Shown: positions 1-11,354, numbered from the stretch's first letter. The stretch: DNA of 40,051 nucleotides from Octopus bimaculoides (GCF_001194135.2 NC_068987.1:9265493-9305543); one strand, 5' to 3'. Made by a program: numbers and translations. Notes: generated from the letters alone by a model not told the origin.

Positions 1-43
<43 letters not shown>

Positions 44-229
44 CTTTGTGTCTGTGTTGACAACCGATTTTGGTGTGTTCACCTCCCCGAAACTTAGCGG
101 TACGGCAAAAGAGACCGATAAAATAAGTACTAAGCTTTCGAAGAATAAGTCCTGGGCTGGCTTTCTTCGATTAAAAAACAAACCTTCAAGGCGGTGTTCC
201 AGCATGGCCGCAGTCAGATGACTGAAAAG
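1..229 (+). mobile_element. SINE-A 3' half ((TG)n linker plus tail)
   Basis: Matches the 3' halves of full copies at 9017 and 38033 (ttgacaacc...gaccgata(g)aataagtac...ggcggtgttccagcatggccgcagtc). Confidence 0.85.
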
Positions 230-231
230 AG

Positions 232-480
232 GGAGACATCACCGGGCTGCTCGTAGGAACCCTACAAATCCACGTCAGTCCTGACCACCTGGGTAAGCAC
301 CCTCTCCACTTTCTCTACAGACGCATGCTGAGAGTAGGCCCATTCACTCAGGCCAGTCTTGCGACATTCACCCACCTTTTAACAATATTGCTGGTGGGGA
401 AGAACATCACTTTCTTCTTCAAGTGAAACTTGAAAAAGGTCATGATGGCTTGGCCAAAGGGGAAAGTGACTGTCTTCAGC
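232..480 (-). mobile_element. Possible L1/Tx1-clade non-LTR retrotransposon 3' fragment
   Basis: Minus strand reads LKTVTFPFGQAIMTFFKFHLKKKV...IVKRWVNVARLA*VNGPTLSMRL*, which resembles Tx1-like ORF2 C-termini (recall only), followed by a UTR-like tail. Confidence 0.35.
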
Positions 481-519
481 CCTACACCTTTTTATTGTCA
501 TCTTAACATCACATTATCA

Positions 520-721
520 TTTCATAATCAAATTCCTTTTAAAACAAACTTGTAATTTTCTTAAGTTTTTACAGACATTCTCTAGAACAATACTCTGTTC
601 AAAATCCAAAATATGGCACGCTAGTCATAATACCAACTTGAACTTCTAGCTTGTTGTCTCTTGAGGTCTTTGGGTGAGACTTGGAGTCAACTTGTACAAA
701 TACAAAGCAAAGGTCAAGCAC

Positions 722-804
<83 letters not shown>
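520..804 (+). mobile_element. 3' end of a (TAA)n-associated non-LTR retroelement (R4/Dong-like)
   Basis: Unique UTR-like sequence (gttgtctcttgaggtctttgggtgagacttggag...) joined directly to (TAA)n at 722-804. Dong/R4 elements are known to target TAA repeats. Confidence 0.45.
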
Positions 805-806
<2 letters not shown>

Positions 807-1680
807 CCATTAAAAATAAGACCTCCATCTCTTCCTTAGTTCTGACCTCAGTGACCTCGTGACTGTCCATCCCTTCACGGCTGGCAACTCCACATTCTTT
901 CCACTCCTCAGTTACTGTATCCATCATCGCGGCAACCGAACCCAACGTCATTGTCATCGTCGTAGTCGTAGTCGTCGTCATCATCATCATCGTCATCGTC
1001 ATCATTATCTTTATTACAACCGTCTCTAATGTTTTACATAGTTCGATCTACTTAAGTTAATGTGTGACAAACAAAATAAGAATTTTGAAAGAAGTTTCTA
1101 TAAGACTCGTTTTTAAGCACTGAGAAGTTATGGGGGTCCACTAGAGTAAAATAGTAATCAAAGGGGTGCATAGGTAAAAATAAATGATTGAGAATCTATG
1201 TATGTATATATGTATGTATATAATGGGTCAAAAATAAGGAGTGCGTTGTATTACGTGAATAATATTTTCAGAAGTAAGTCAAACACGTATTGTAATAAAC
1301 AAACGAACGAGAAAATGACAGAAGGTCAAGTTGAAAAACGTATACTAAATGCACAGGTGAACGGAGAGCAAGCACAGAAGGTCACCAACCCCTCATCAGT
1401 TATCGGCCAGGGTGTCGAGCGCAATTTCGCACCATTATCGATAATATAGCTTCCACACTAGAGGCAACCAGCAAGAGAACTTGCTGGGAGTGCGACCAAA
1501 GCAATAAAACAAAACGGGACGAACAAAGAAAGATGAACAAGGGATTCGGAAATGGACAAGCGAAAATGGATTAAAGTAATTCGAGACGAGACTGTAAGTG
1601 GACGGACGAGGAACAAAAAAAAAAGCGAAATAAGTAAACAGAATATGGCTTTAGGGCCAGGCGAAGAAAACAAGAAATAA

Positions 1681-1843
1681 TAGGCATGACTGTATGTATG
1701 GTAAGAAGTTTGCTTCCCAACCACATGGTTTGGGGTTCATTTCCACTGTGTGGCACCTTGAACAAGTGTCTTCTACTATAGTTTGGAGCCGCCGACCAAA
1801 GCCTTGTGAGTGGATTTGGTAGACGGAAACTGAAAGCTCGTCG

Positions 1844-1880
<37 letters not shown>
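1681..1880 (+). mobile_element. SINE-A 5' half (tRNA head plus CORE-like domain)
   Basis: A-box and B-box-like head, CORE-like gcaccttgaacaagtgtctt, then (TA)/(TG) running into the gap. Confidence 0.85.
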
Positions 1881-2414
1881 NNNNNNNNNNNNNNNNNNNN
1901 NNNNNNNNNNNNNNNNNNNNNNNNNNNNNNNNNNNNNNNNNNNNNNNNNNNNNNNNNNNNNNNNNNNNNNNNNNNNNNNNNNNNNNNNNNNNNNNNNNNN
2001 NNNNNNNNNNNNNNNNNNNNNNNNNNNNNNNNNNNNNNNNNNNNNNNNNNNNNNNNNNNNNNNNNNNNNNNNNNNNNNNNNNNNNNNNNNNNNNNNNNNN
2101 NNNNNNNNNNNNNNNNNNNNNNNNNNNNNNNNNNNNNNNNNNNNNNNNNNNNNNNNNNNNNNNNNNNNNNNNNNNNNNNNNNNNNNNNNNNNNNNNNNNN
2201 NNNNNNNNNNNNNNNNNNNNNNNNNNNNNNNNNNNNNNNNNNNNNNNNNNNNNNNNNNNNNNNNNNNNNNNNNNNNNNNNNNNNNNNNNNNNNNNNNNNN
2301 NNNNNNNNNNNNNNNNNNNNNNNNNNNNNNNNNNNNNNNNNNNNNNNNNNNNNNNNNNNNNNNNNNNNNNNNNNNNNNNNNNNNNNNNNNNNNNNNNNNN
2401 NNNNNNNNNNNNNN
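1881..2414. other. Assembly gap (N run); others at 7383-7415, 11472-11900, 12916-13442, 18204-19125, 29883-29892, 30848-31738, 34650-34798, 36628-37085
   Basis: N runs seen directly, mostly flanked by microsatellites or SINEs. Confidence 0.99.
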
Positions 2415-2485
<71 letters not shown>

Positions 2486-2795
2486 TTCTTTCTACCACAG
2501 GAGAGTCGCCTGTACTGCTAAGCGCTTTATAGGTGCGAATTCAATGGTCACTCTATGACCGATCACAGCATTCAACTTCCTCAGAAATAGATTACTGCTC
2601 TAGTGCTTTACAGCATGCATCTTTTTCAGAATATAGGAACGACTGACGATATGTGTGTGTATGTTTGACTGTGTTTGTTCACACTTCCGTTTAGTCAGGA
2701 GGTGAACATATGAACCTGACTCACGTGCGTTTTTCCTGGTTCTCTTCCCATTTCCTTGCTTGCTTTTCTTTCCATTCACTCCTGGACTTTCCTCT

Positions 2796-2832
2796 GGTAT
2801 TTGACGAAGTACTAAGTCCGAAACGTTATACT
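2796..2832 (+). ncRNA. Minimal type I hammerhead-like motif (Penelope-type), variant core
   Basis: ggtat-TTGACGA-a-gtac.taa.gtcc-GAAA-C-GTT-atact. Stem I is GGUAU/AUACU and stem III is the palindrome ACGU. Confidence 0.55.
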
Positions 2833-2900
2833 TTTACTCCAAAACTTTTCCCCCTTCTTTCAGAATCGACCTAGTAGTTCTTTCTATTATAGGCACTTGC

Positions 2901-3127
2901 GGAGGTGCATGGTCTAGTGGTTAGGCTGTTGGACTCGTGATCGTAAGATTGTGGTTTCGATTTGTGGACCGGGTGATGTGTTGTGTTCTTGAGCAAAACA
3001 CTTCATTTCACATTGCTCCAGTCTACACAGCTGGTAAAAATTAGTAATCTTGCAAAGAACTGGCGTCCACAGAAAGAGGGGAAACCGTTCCTATGCCCCT
3101 TACGAAATCATACGGACTGACCCCTAA
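2901..3127 (+). mobile_element. SINE-C (tRNA head plus CORE-like), nested in a SINE-B tail
   Basis: Homologous to 6227 and 6380 (tagtggttagg...gtttcgatt...ttgtgttcttgagcaaaacactt). Confidence 0.85.
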
Positions 3128-3330
3128 TGGGCACAAAGCCCGAAATTTTGTAGGGAACGAAGCTAGTGGATTATATTGATCCCAGCGCTCAACTGGTACT
3201 TATTTTATCGACCCCGAAAGAATGAAGGAAAAAATCAATCTCCACAGAATTTGAACTCAGAACGTGAAGCTGAAAGAAACGTCTCTAAGTATTTTTGTCA
3301 GGTGTGTTAACGATTCTTCCAGCTCGCTGC
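3128..3330 (-). mobile_element. SINE-B
   Basis: Reverse complement of the SINE-B head (B-box gagttcaaatt) and body (gtaccagt...gggtcgat). Confidence 0.85.
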
Positions 3331-3409
3331 TTTCGACATCGACCGAATAATATTGACCCTCGACGTTCTTTGGACTCGTGTTGTGCTTTGCTATCTTATT
3401 TTCTATGCT

Positions 3410-3756
3410 CTCTTTCTTTCTCTTTCTCTCTCTCTCTCTCTCTTTTTCCCACTTTCTCCCACTTTACTTTCTCTCTCTCTTTCTCTCTTACTCTCACTTT
3501 CTCTTTCTCTCTCTTTCTCCCACTATTTCTCTTTCTTTCTCTCTTTCTACCACTTTCTCTCTCTCTCTTTCTCTCACTTTTTCTTTCTCTCTCTCTCTTT
3601 CTCTCACTTTTTCTTTCTCTCCCTTTCTCCCACTATCTCTCTCTCTCCCTCTCTCTTTCTCTCTCTTTCTCCCACTTTCTCTCTCTCTTTTTCTCTTTCT
3701 TCCTCCCACTTTCTCTCTCTCTCCCTTTCTCCCCCTTTACTTTCTCTCTCTCTCTT

Positions 3757-3807
<51 letters not shown>

Positions 3808-3995
3808 TAGTCCTACTTTCTCTTTCTCTCTCTTTCTCCCACTATTTCTTTCTTTCTCTCTCTCTCCCTCCCGCCCTCCCCCTCCCTCCCTCTAAGTGTG
3901 TTATTACGTCTATACGTACATACATACATACTTACATACACACACACATACATACATACATACATACATACATACATTCACACACACGCATACAT
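3410..3995. repeat. CT-rich low-complexity tract followed by (TACA)n
   Basis: Seen directly; explains ORFs 3295-4102. Confidence 0.95.
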
Positions 3996-4661
3996 ACATA
4001 TTCACTTATATAGAATATCTGCACATTATCATATATGTCCGTGACGATAGCCGTCCTTCATCCTTGAAATGTTTTGACGTTATCCTCCCGTCAGTCCTTT
4101 AAAAGGTTCGCCATTAATATATGCATGAGAGAAAAAAAACACAAGCGGAACAGTACAACAGAATTTAACATTTCTCTTGTACCTAATCCTTTACTACTTT
4201 CCGTTGTTTATTCATAGAAAAGTTACAGGTGTTTGGTTCATTAAGTTTAAAAAAAGAGGCTGTTGTACTGACTTCCGTCCTCTTTTTACTTTAAATATCT
4301 TTGAATGAAGACAGAACAATAAACGTTTAATAGGTTCCAACTGGTAAAGGCTTGGTTGAACACGTCAATCGAAGTCCGAATATGTCAGTACATGTGAATT
4401 GAGGAAGTAAAATATCTAGTTTTGCCGGTCTTCTTGTCGATAATATGCCACGTTATCTGTTCGTGCTGTGAGATAAGCATATCTCATAACTCTTACGTTT
4501 TAATGTTTTAACAATACGCAGAAAATATAACTTGTCCAATCACGTTTATCGATTTGCTTTTCGATAGATTAAGAGTTTGTGTTTTTTGTTTTTTTTTCTC
4601 TACCGCTCACTGAAAGTTTGCAACATCTTGATCATTGATATATCCTGTTCTTTTATCAGGT

Positions 4662-5090
4662 GGTGCTGAGCTGACAGAATCGTTAGCGCATCGGAGAAAA
4701 ATGTTTAGCGGAATTTCTTCCAGCTCTTTACGTTTTCAGTTCAAATTCCGCTGAGGTTGACTTTGTTGAGGTCGACAAAATAAATACCAGCCAAGAACTG
4801 GGGGAGGGTCGATATAATAGACTTCCTCTCCACTCAAAATTGCGGCCTTGTGCCAAAATTAGAAAGTATTTCTACCAGTGAACTGGTAGAACTGTCAGCA
4901 TGCCGGACAAAATGTTTAGCAAAATTTAGTCCGTCTTTATGTTCTGAGCTCAAATTCCGTTGATGACTTTACCATTCATCCTCTAAGAGTTGATAAATAA
5001 ATTAAGTACCAGTTGAACACTTGGGTCGATGTAATCAGCTTACCCGTCTCCTAAAATTGCTAGCCACGTACCAAAATTTGAAACTATTAT
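4662..5090 (+). mobile_element. Two head-to-tail SINE-B copies (4662-4870, 4878-5090) with a (TAT)n tail
   Basis: Each has the head (gagctgacagaatcgttagc / gaactggtagaactgtcagc), a B-box-like gttcaaattcc, and the end caaaattt(g)aaa. Confidence 0.85.
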
Positions 5091-5109
5091 TATTATTATA
5101 ATTATAATA

Positions 5110-5154
<45 letters not shown>

Positions 5155-5698
5155 GAGTGAGAGAGCAATGTGAGTCATCAAAGTGACACTGGGGTAAATT
5201 ATACGAAGCCCAGTATACCCATCATAACTACCCGCCCGATAAGGGGACACCAGGCAATGCATCACAACCATAAGTGCGCGACATGGTGATCTCATATCAA
5301 GATTAGCAACGCATGACTTTAAAGGTGGGGTCCATTTAGAATTTTCTTCAGGTCGGTTAGCCCATCCCGCTCAATGGGTCCTGGAATAAGGGTTGCTTAA
5401 GGATGTTGAACGAAACACCCATGTTTCCAAAGGGGAATTATCCAAACCCCAAAGAATTCCTCTTAACACATGGCTATGATGCTCCCCCACTAGTTCTGCT
5501 CGTGATTAGAGATGCACATATTCGTCAGCCACTAAGGGACATGCTCAACTGGTTAAGGTCAAACGACTGACAAGCAAATCTGTGGTATTGAGTAGCCCAT
5601 CTTTTTATGCCAAGACAAATCACTGTACATGATAACACTTCCAATCAATTAAGATGAGAAATCATGAGAGCCACTGACTTGCACTGCATCAGGGTGTA
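5155..5698 (-). mobile_element. About 545-bp element embedded in (TAA)n on both sides; probable 3' UTR of a TAA-targeting RLE retroelement
   Basis: Complex sequence with (TAT)n at 5086-5154 and 5701-5741. The minus-strand end is ...ctctcactc-aataataat. Confidence 0.5.
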
Positions 5699-5700
5699 AT

Positions 5701-5868
<168 letters not shown>

Positions 5869-6226
5869 GGCCTAGAGGCAAAATTGTTAGCACACCGGGC
5901 AAAATGCTTAACGTCCTCATTTTCATTTGTTATTATTGCACGCTATTTTCAGGAAGATTCCAGTCGTGTGAAGTTTATGAGTAAAAAAAATTATCTCAAA
6001 ACACGTCAAAAATAATAAAATATATAACTACGTTGAGATCGTATTAAATTTCTTCCAAGCGCTTGCATTATTTAAAATTTTCACCAAAATATAAAATTTT
6101 CAACAGAATATTTTCAAGAAATGTATTTTCATGGTAATAATGAAAATCGTATTCCTAGGAATTAATAATAAAGTTATGTAATTTTTTTCCATACAAGTTA
6201 ATGATAAAGTTACGTAATTATAGTCT

Positions 6227-6525
6227 GTGGAAGCGCATGGCTTAGCGGTAAGGATGTTGTACTCACGATCGTAAGATTGTGGTTTCGATTCCTGGACCAG
6301 GCGATGCGTTGTGCTCTTGAGCAAAACACTTCACTTCACGTTGCTCCAGTCCACTCAGCTGTACGAATGAGTACCACTAGTGGAGGTGCGTCACTTAGTG
6401 GTTAGGGTGTTGGATTCACAACCGTAAGATTGTGGTTTCAATCCCTGAACCTGACGATCCACTGTGTTCTTGAGCAAGACATTTTATTTCACGTTGCTCC
6501 AGTCCACTCAGCTGTAGAAATGAGT
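6227..6525 (+). mobile_element. Head-to-tail SINE-C dimer (6227-6375, 6380-6525)
   Basis: Two roughly 150-bp homologous units, each with a tRNA-like head and a CORE-like ttgagcaa(a/g)acac...ctccagtccactcagctgta. Confidence 0.9.
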
Positions 6526-7106
6526 TTAGCCTGAAGAGGGATGGGCTCCATCAGGCTTTCTCACCCAAGACACACTGCATTGCTGCGGTACTCCAACGAC
6601 CCCAGAGGGTTAAGGGACTTGTTAATCGTCAATTATAGCCAATCGGAAGCCCCCAGTCAGGCGAAAAATTAAAATGCTTCAAGTGGTTGTAAGAAATTTA
6701 GCAACATTCCTACGTTGCAAAAATGTTTTACGAATGTCGAAGAATTTTCTCAAGAAATAAAAAAACAACTGTGTTTGCGACTGATCTTCAGATTGACCGA
6801 AATGTTGAGTCTTTTAGTGAAAAATTCTACAGAATCTATTAAATCATTTCCTAACCTCTGTACTTCTTTTCATTACACTGTATACAACAGCAGGCTTTAA
6901 ACATTTCGAATATGTGATAACAGTTGTGACAAAGATAAATTTATAGCTACCAGGGTTTTCCATAAACGAGTATCTAAGTCACTTTTAAATTCACTAAATC
7001 ACTTTACTATAGTTTACTAAATTAAATTGTCTTACAAAGGATTGTTAACATGTGATCGTCATGTATTTGACTAGTTTGTTCAATGATTAAATGTTATATA
7101 AGGAGT

Positions 7107-7382
7107 GTGGAGGTGCAATGGCCCAGTGGTTAGGGCAGCGGACTCGCGGTTGTAGGATCGCGGTTTCGATTCCCAGACCGGGCGTTGTGAGTGTTTATTG
7201 AGCGAAAACACCTGAAGTCCCACGAGGTTCCAGCTGGAGGTGATGGCGAAACCTGCTGTACTCTTTCACCACAACTTCCTCTCACTCTTTCTTCCTGTTT
7301 CTGTTGTAGCTGTATTTCAAAGGGCTAGCCTTGTTACACTCTGTGTCACGCTGAATATCCCCGAGAACTACGTTAAGGGTAT
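7107..7382 (+). mobile_element. SINE-D, cut by a gap
   Basis: A-box tggcccagtggt, B-box ggtttcgattccc; homologous to 16893 and 35630. Confidence 0.9.
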
Positions 7383-7546
7383 NNNNNNNNNNNNNNNNNN
7401 NNNNNNNNNNNNNNNATACATGTGAAAAGCGATGTATAAAAGTGTGTTTTTTTTTCGTTGATTTGCAAGATTCTTGATGTGAACTGGTGTGTTGAAATAG
7501 ATTTCGTTGTATCTCGGGAGAGTCAGCACACTAATAATACATACAC

Positions 7547-7775
7547 GCTGGCAGAAACGTTAGCATGCTGGGCGAAATGCTTAGCGGTACTTCGTCTGCC
7601 TTTACGTTCTGAGTTCAAATTCCGCAGAGGTCGACTTTGCCTTTCATCCTTTCGGGATCGATAAATTATGTGCCAGTAATGCACTGGGGTCGATGTAATC
7701 GACTTAATCCCTTTGTCTGTCCTTGTTTGTCCCCTATATGTCTAGCTCCTCTATGGGCAATAAAGAAATAAATAA
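7547..7775 (+). mobile_element. SINE-B, alternative tail variant (…ctatgggcaataaagaaat)
   Basis: SINE-B head and body; the tail matches the copy at 30163-30394. Confidence 0.85.
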
Positions 7776-8253
7776 GTACACGCATTGGTTCTATTTCACT
7801 TCTTTTATTAATTATCAGTGGACTTGTTAACATTTAAACAATTATCTAATCGATTTGTTTGATTTGTTAACATTTAAACAATCAAGTAATCAATCGTTTG
7901 ATTAATCTCTCGGTCAATCAATCAATCAATAAGCTAAGTTTGTCAAAGTCCGTTCGTCGCTATTCCCAACCGCATCAGCAATCGACTAGTTAATTACTCA
8001 AATGTTAACGAATTGACAAATAATGATAAAAGAAGTTAAATAGAACAAATGAGTGGCATAATGACCCCCCGGAGATACAACAAAACAAATATATAAATAT
8101 GTGATATATCAAAATGTATGGAGCATCGTTTTTCTCTACTAGATATTTAAAAAATTTTTTGTCCATTTTCACAGACTTTTCATTGCAGCTGAATTAATGT
8201 TAAACTGCAAGATTTTGGGGGAAATCTGAGAGGTGATATTTTGCTAGGTCAAA

Positions 8254-8540
8254 GCAGCTAGCTGGCAGTATCTTTAACATGCCGAACAAAATGCTTAGCA
8301 GCAATTCGTCCATCTTTCCGCCTGCTTTTCGTCCTTTCGAATTCGATAGAATAGGTACCAGTTGAGTACTGGGGTCGATGTAATCACTTAACCCCGCTCC
8401 ACCTCCCACGAAATTGCTGGTTTTGTGTCAAAATTTGGAACCAATATTTATTTTGCCAAAGCGGTGAGCTAGCAGAATCGTTAGCATGCCGGAAAAAATG
8501 CTTAACGGTATTTCATCCGTCTTTACGTTCTGAGTTTAAC
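8254..8540 (+). mobile_element. SINE-B (internally deleted) plus an adjacent SINE-B head
   Basis: Units at 8254-8448 and 8459-8540. Confidence 0.8.
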
Positions 8541-9016
8541 TAATATTTTGCTTCGTCAAGAGTTGTGATAGTAAACTCAGCATATTTCAACGTGGTTTAG
8601 AAAGTAAATGTTTGAAGTGCTTCCTGAGAGCAAGAATTTTTTTTTTTTTTTTTGAAAAATGCAACTTTAAGAATCGTATTTTCTTCTAAATCTGCGTAAT
8701 TCAGAGAGTTAGAGAAAAATCAATACAATTTATAAAATATCCTAATGAAGCAGATTTGAAATTAGATGCGTTTGAATGGTTGGATTTAAGAGATCAAGAA
8801 GTGCAGTCAACGGCCTTTCATTCCAAACTTATTTGGAAGCAAAGGAATTCGTCACATTAAAAGGTGATTTCGAAGAATGTGAACGTGAAAGCGAACGAGT
8901 AATTGGGCTATTCTCAAGAGAGCTAGACCAAAACAGGTTTTCAAAAACTGTTTAGAATGCCCAGAAAAATTATTATAAACAGATAAAAGTATACTGAAAT
9001 GACGCGTTTTTGATCA

Positions 9017-9425
9017 GGCGCAGGTATGGCTGTGGGGTAAGAAGTTTGCATCACAACCCTGTTGTTTCAGGTTCAGTCCCACTGCATGGCACCTTGAGTG
9101 AATACCTTCTACTATAGCCTCAGGCCGACCCAAGCCGTTCGAATAGATTTAGTAGACGGAAACTGAAAGAAGCCTGTCGTATATGTGTGTGTGTGTCTTT
9201 TTGTCTGTGTTTGACCCTCACACAAACACACACACACATACACTCACCGCTTGACAACTGGTGTTGGTTTGTTTACGTTCTTTCGGTGCTTCAGCAAAAG
9301 AGAACGATAGAATAAGTACCAGACTTTAAAGACAGAAAGAAAAGTATTGGCGTCGTTTCTTTCGACTAAAATGCTTCGAGTCGGTGCCCCAGCATGGCCG
9401 CAGTCTAATAACTGAAACGAGTAAA
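9017..9425 (+). mobile_element. Full-length SINE-A
   Basis: Head ggcgcaggtatggctgtg...ggttcagtccc, CORE-like gcaccttgag, TG linker, tail ggtgccccagcatggccgcagtc...ctgaaacgagtaaa. Confidence 0.9.
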
Positions 9426-9729
9426 CCACAAGAGATTAAGGATATTGACATTAGGACAATTTCTTCCAGATCTTCGCAGCGTTATCTTTAAAAAGAAACT
9501 ATTAATCTCATACGTCACATTAATTTTTGTGCCGCGCTCCACATTAAGTAAATTAGAATTCTGACCAAAGACATTGTTGTCAGAGCAAACTCATCAGCGT
9601 GTTTTCAAATTACAAGCTCAATATAAATGAATATGCCCCATGAGGTTTTTTTATCCTGTTTTGGAGAAATTCAGACGAATTAGCAATTGGTATTTTCAGA
9701 TGAAAAAAGGCAACAGGTTGACGTGCGCT

Positions 9730-9830
9730 CACACACACACACACACACACACACACGGCAGGATTCTTTCAGTTTCCGTCTACCAAATCTATTCCCATGG
9801 CTTTGGTCGGCCTAAGGCTATTGTAGAACA
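9730..9830 (-). mobile_element. SINE-A internal fragment
   Basis: tttcagtttccgtctaccaaatc...ctttggtcggcc. Confidence 0.8.
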
Positions 9831-9831
9831 G

Positions 9832-10198
9832 GTAGCATGCCGGCCAAAATACTTAGCAGTACTTCGTCCGACTTTTCGTTCTGAGTTTTAAAAATATCCG
9901 CCGAGGTCGACTTTGCATTTCATTCTTTCGGAGTCGATAAATTAAGTACCAGTGAAATCGACTAGTAACCTCCCACAAAATTTGAGGCCTTGTGTCTCCA
10001 ATAGAAAGGATTATTATTATCATTTTTTGTATTTCGCCCGTCGCTAGATTCTGAGCTCAAATGCCACCGAGATCGACTTTGCCTTTCATCTTTTCAGAGT
10101 CGATATATGAAGTACCAGTTAAGAATTGGGGTCGATGTAGCCGACTAGCCACCTCCTCCGAATTTGCTGCCTTGTGCCTAAATTTGAAACCAATATTT
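9832..10198 (+). mobile_element. Two head-to-tail 5'-truncated SINE-B copies
   Basis: Units at 9832-10020 and 10030-10198, separated by a short (TAT)n. Confidence 0.8.
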
Positions 10199-10280
10199 TC
10201 TGGGGAGAAAAATTATTTTATGAACAGTTTTCGTCGAAAATAAATTGCTCATAGTAATTATATTTGGATCCAGTAATTAT

Positions 10281-10448
10281 TTTACTGATTTCTTTTGCCG
10301 AACCGCGATAGCTATAGGAATGTAAACAAAACAGCACCGGTTGTCAAGTGGTAGGGAAAGACAAACACTAGCACAAAGGCATACACACTTCCACACAAAC
10401 ACAAACATATATGACAGGCTTCCACACAGTTTCCTTCTACCAAAATCT
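10281..10448 (-). mobile_element. SINE-A internal fragment
   Basis: cttttgccgaaccgc...accggttgtcaagtggt...acagtttcc. Confidence 0.75.
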
Positions 10449-10649
10449 TTGTTTATTGAAAATTTAAAGATAAAATCGTGCAGAGGATGGGAAGAAAAAA
10501 ACAACAAACAATAACAAGAACAGTCCAGTGAACTAATGAGCGCATAATAGATTTGTGAACCAAAGTGTGAAATAATTTAACCCCTCATCTCCTCCTGTGT
10601 CAGCTCACCTTCTGCCAAAGATTATATATACATACATACCCATATACAC

Positions 10650-10689
<40 letters not shown>

Positions 10690-10724
10690 CTCTTTCTCCG
10701 TTCTTCCATTCTCCGAACTTTCCA

Positions 10725-10761
10725 TCTTTCCGACGAAGGGCTACGCCCGAAACATCATACG
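10725..10761 (+). ncRNA. Decayed minimal hammerhead-like motif in a Penelope-like terminal repeat (about 10690-10850)
   Basis: CCGACGA-a-ggg.ctacg.ccc-GAAA-C-ATC. Downstream cctgagcgtc...cacgtcctcac is shared with the 11355, 22406 and 37205 copies. Confidence 0.5.
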
Positions 10762-11354
10762 CTCTCTCTTTCCTTTCCTGAGCGTCCAATAATACTATCC
10801 ATATCACGTCCTCACTTTGTTGTTTTTTTGTTTTTTTGTTATTGTTTTTTTTAACTATATATATATATACATGTATGTGTGCATGTATATTCGTATTTGT
10901 GTTTGTATAAACCTGTGTATGTGTGTATGCGTGCATGTATATGAGTATACGTATGTATATACGTGGTTTATAACCATAGCCGCTTGTAAATAATGACTAA
11001 ATTTAGGTCAAACCTCTAACGTCCTTTTGAATAACGGCATGTACAGACATATCGCCAGACACACGCACACACACACACACACACACATGCGCAAAAAAAC
11101 TCACACATACACGTACATACATGCATACACACATGTTGATATAATACATAAAATGAAGGTATACATTAATGTTTATCCATAAGTATTCATATTCACACAC
11201 ATGTATCTCAATAATCATGCAGAAATGTATGTGTGTGTGCGTGTATATATATATATATATATATGGGAGAATATACAAATAATAACAACAGACGAGGACA
11301 GGTGGTGTAAATAACAAAAGTATATATTAGTATGACGCTCGGGAATACGGAAAG

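Noticed and set aside
1198-1449. 83-aa ORF, plus CTGATGA on the minus strand at about 1394
   Set aside because: No recognisable motif or splice support, and no GAAA or stem II after the core word.
7107-7190. tRNA-like sequences at SINE heads
   Set aside because: They continue into repeat bodies, lack a clean cloverleaf, and recur as diverged copies, so they are SINEs rather than tRNA genes.
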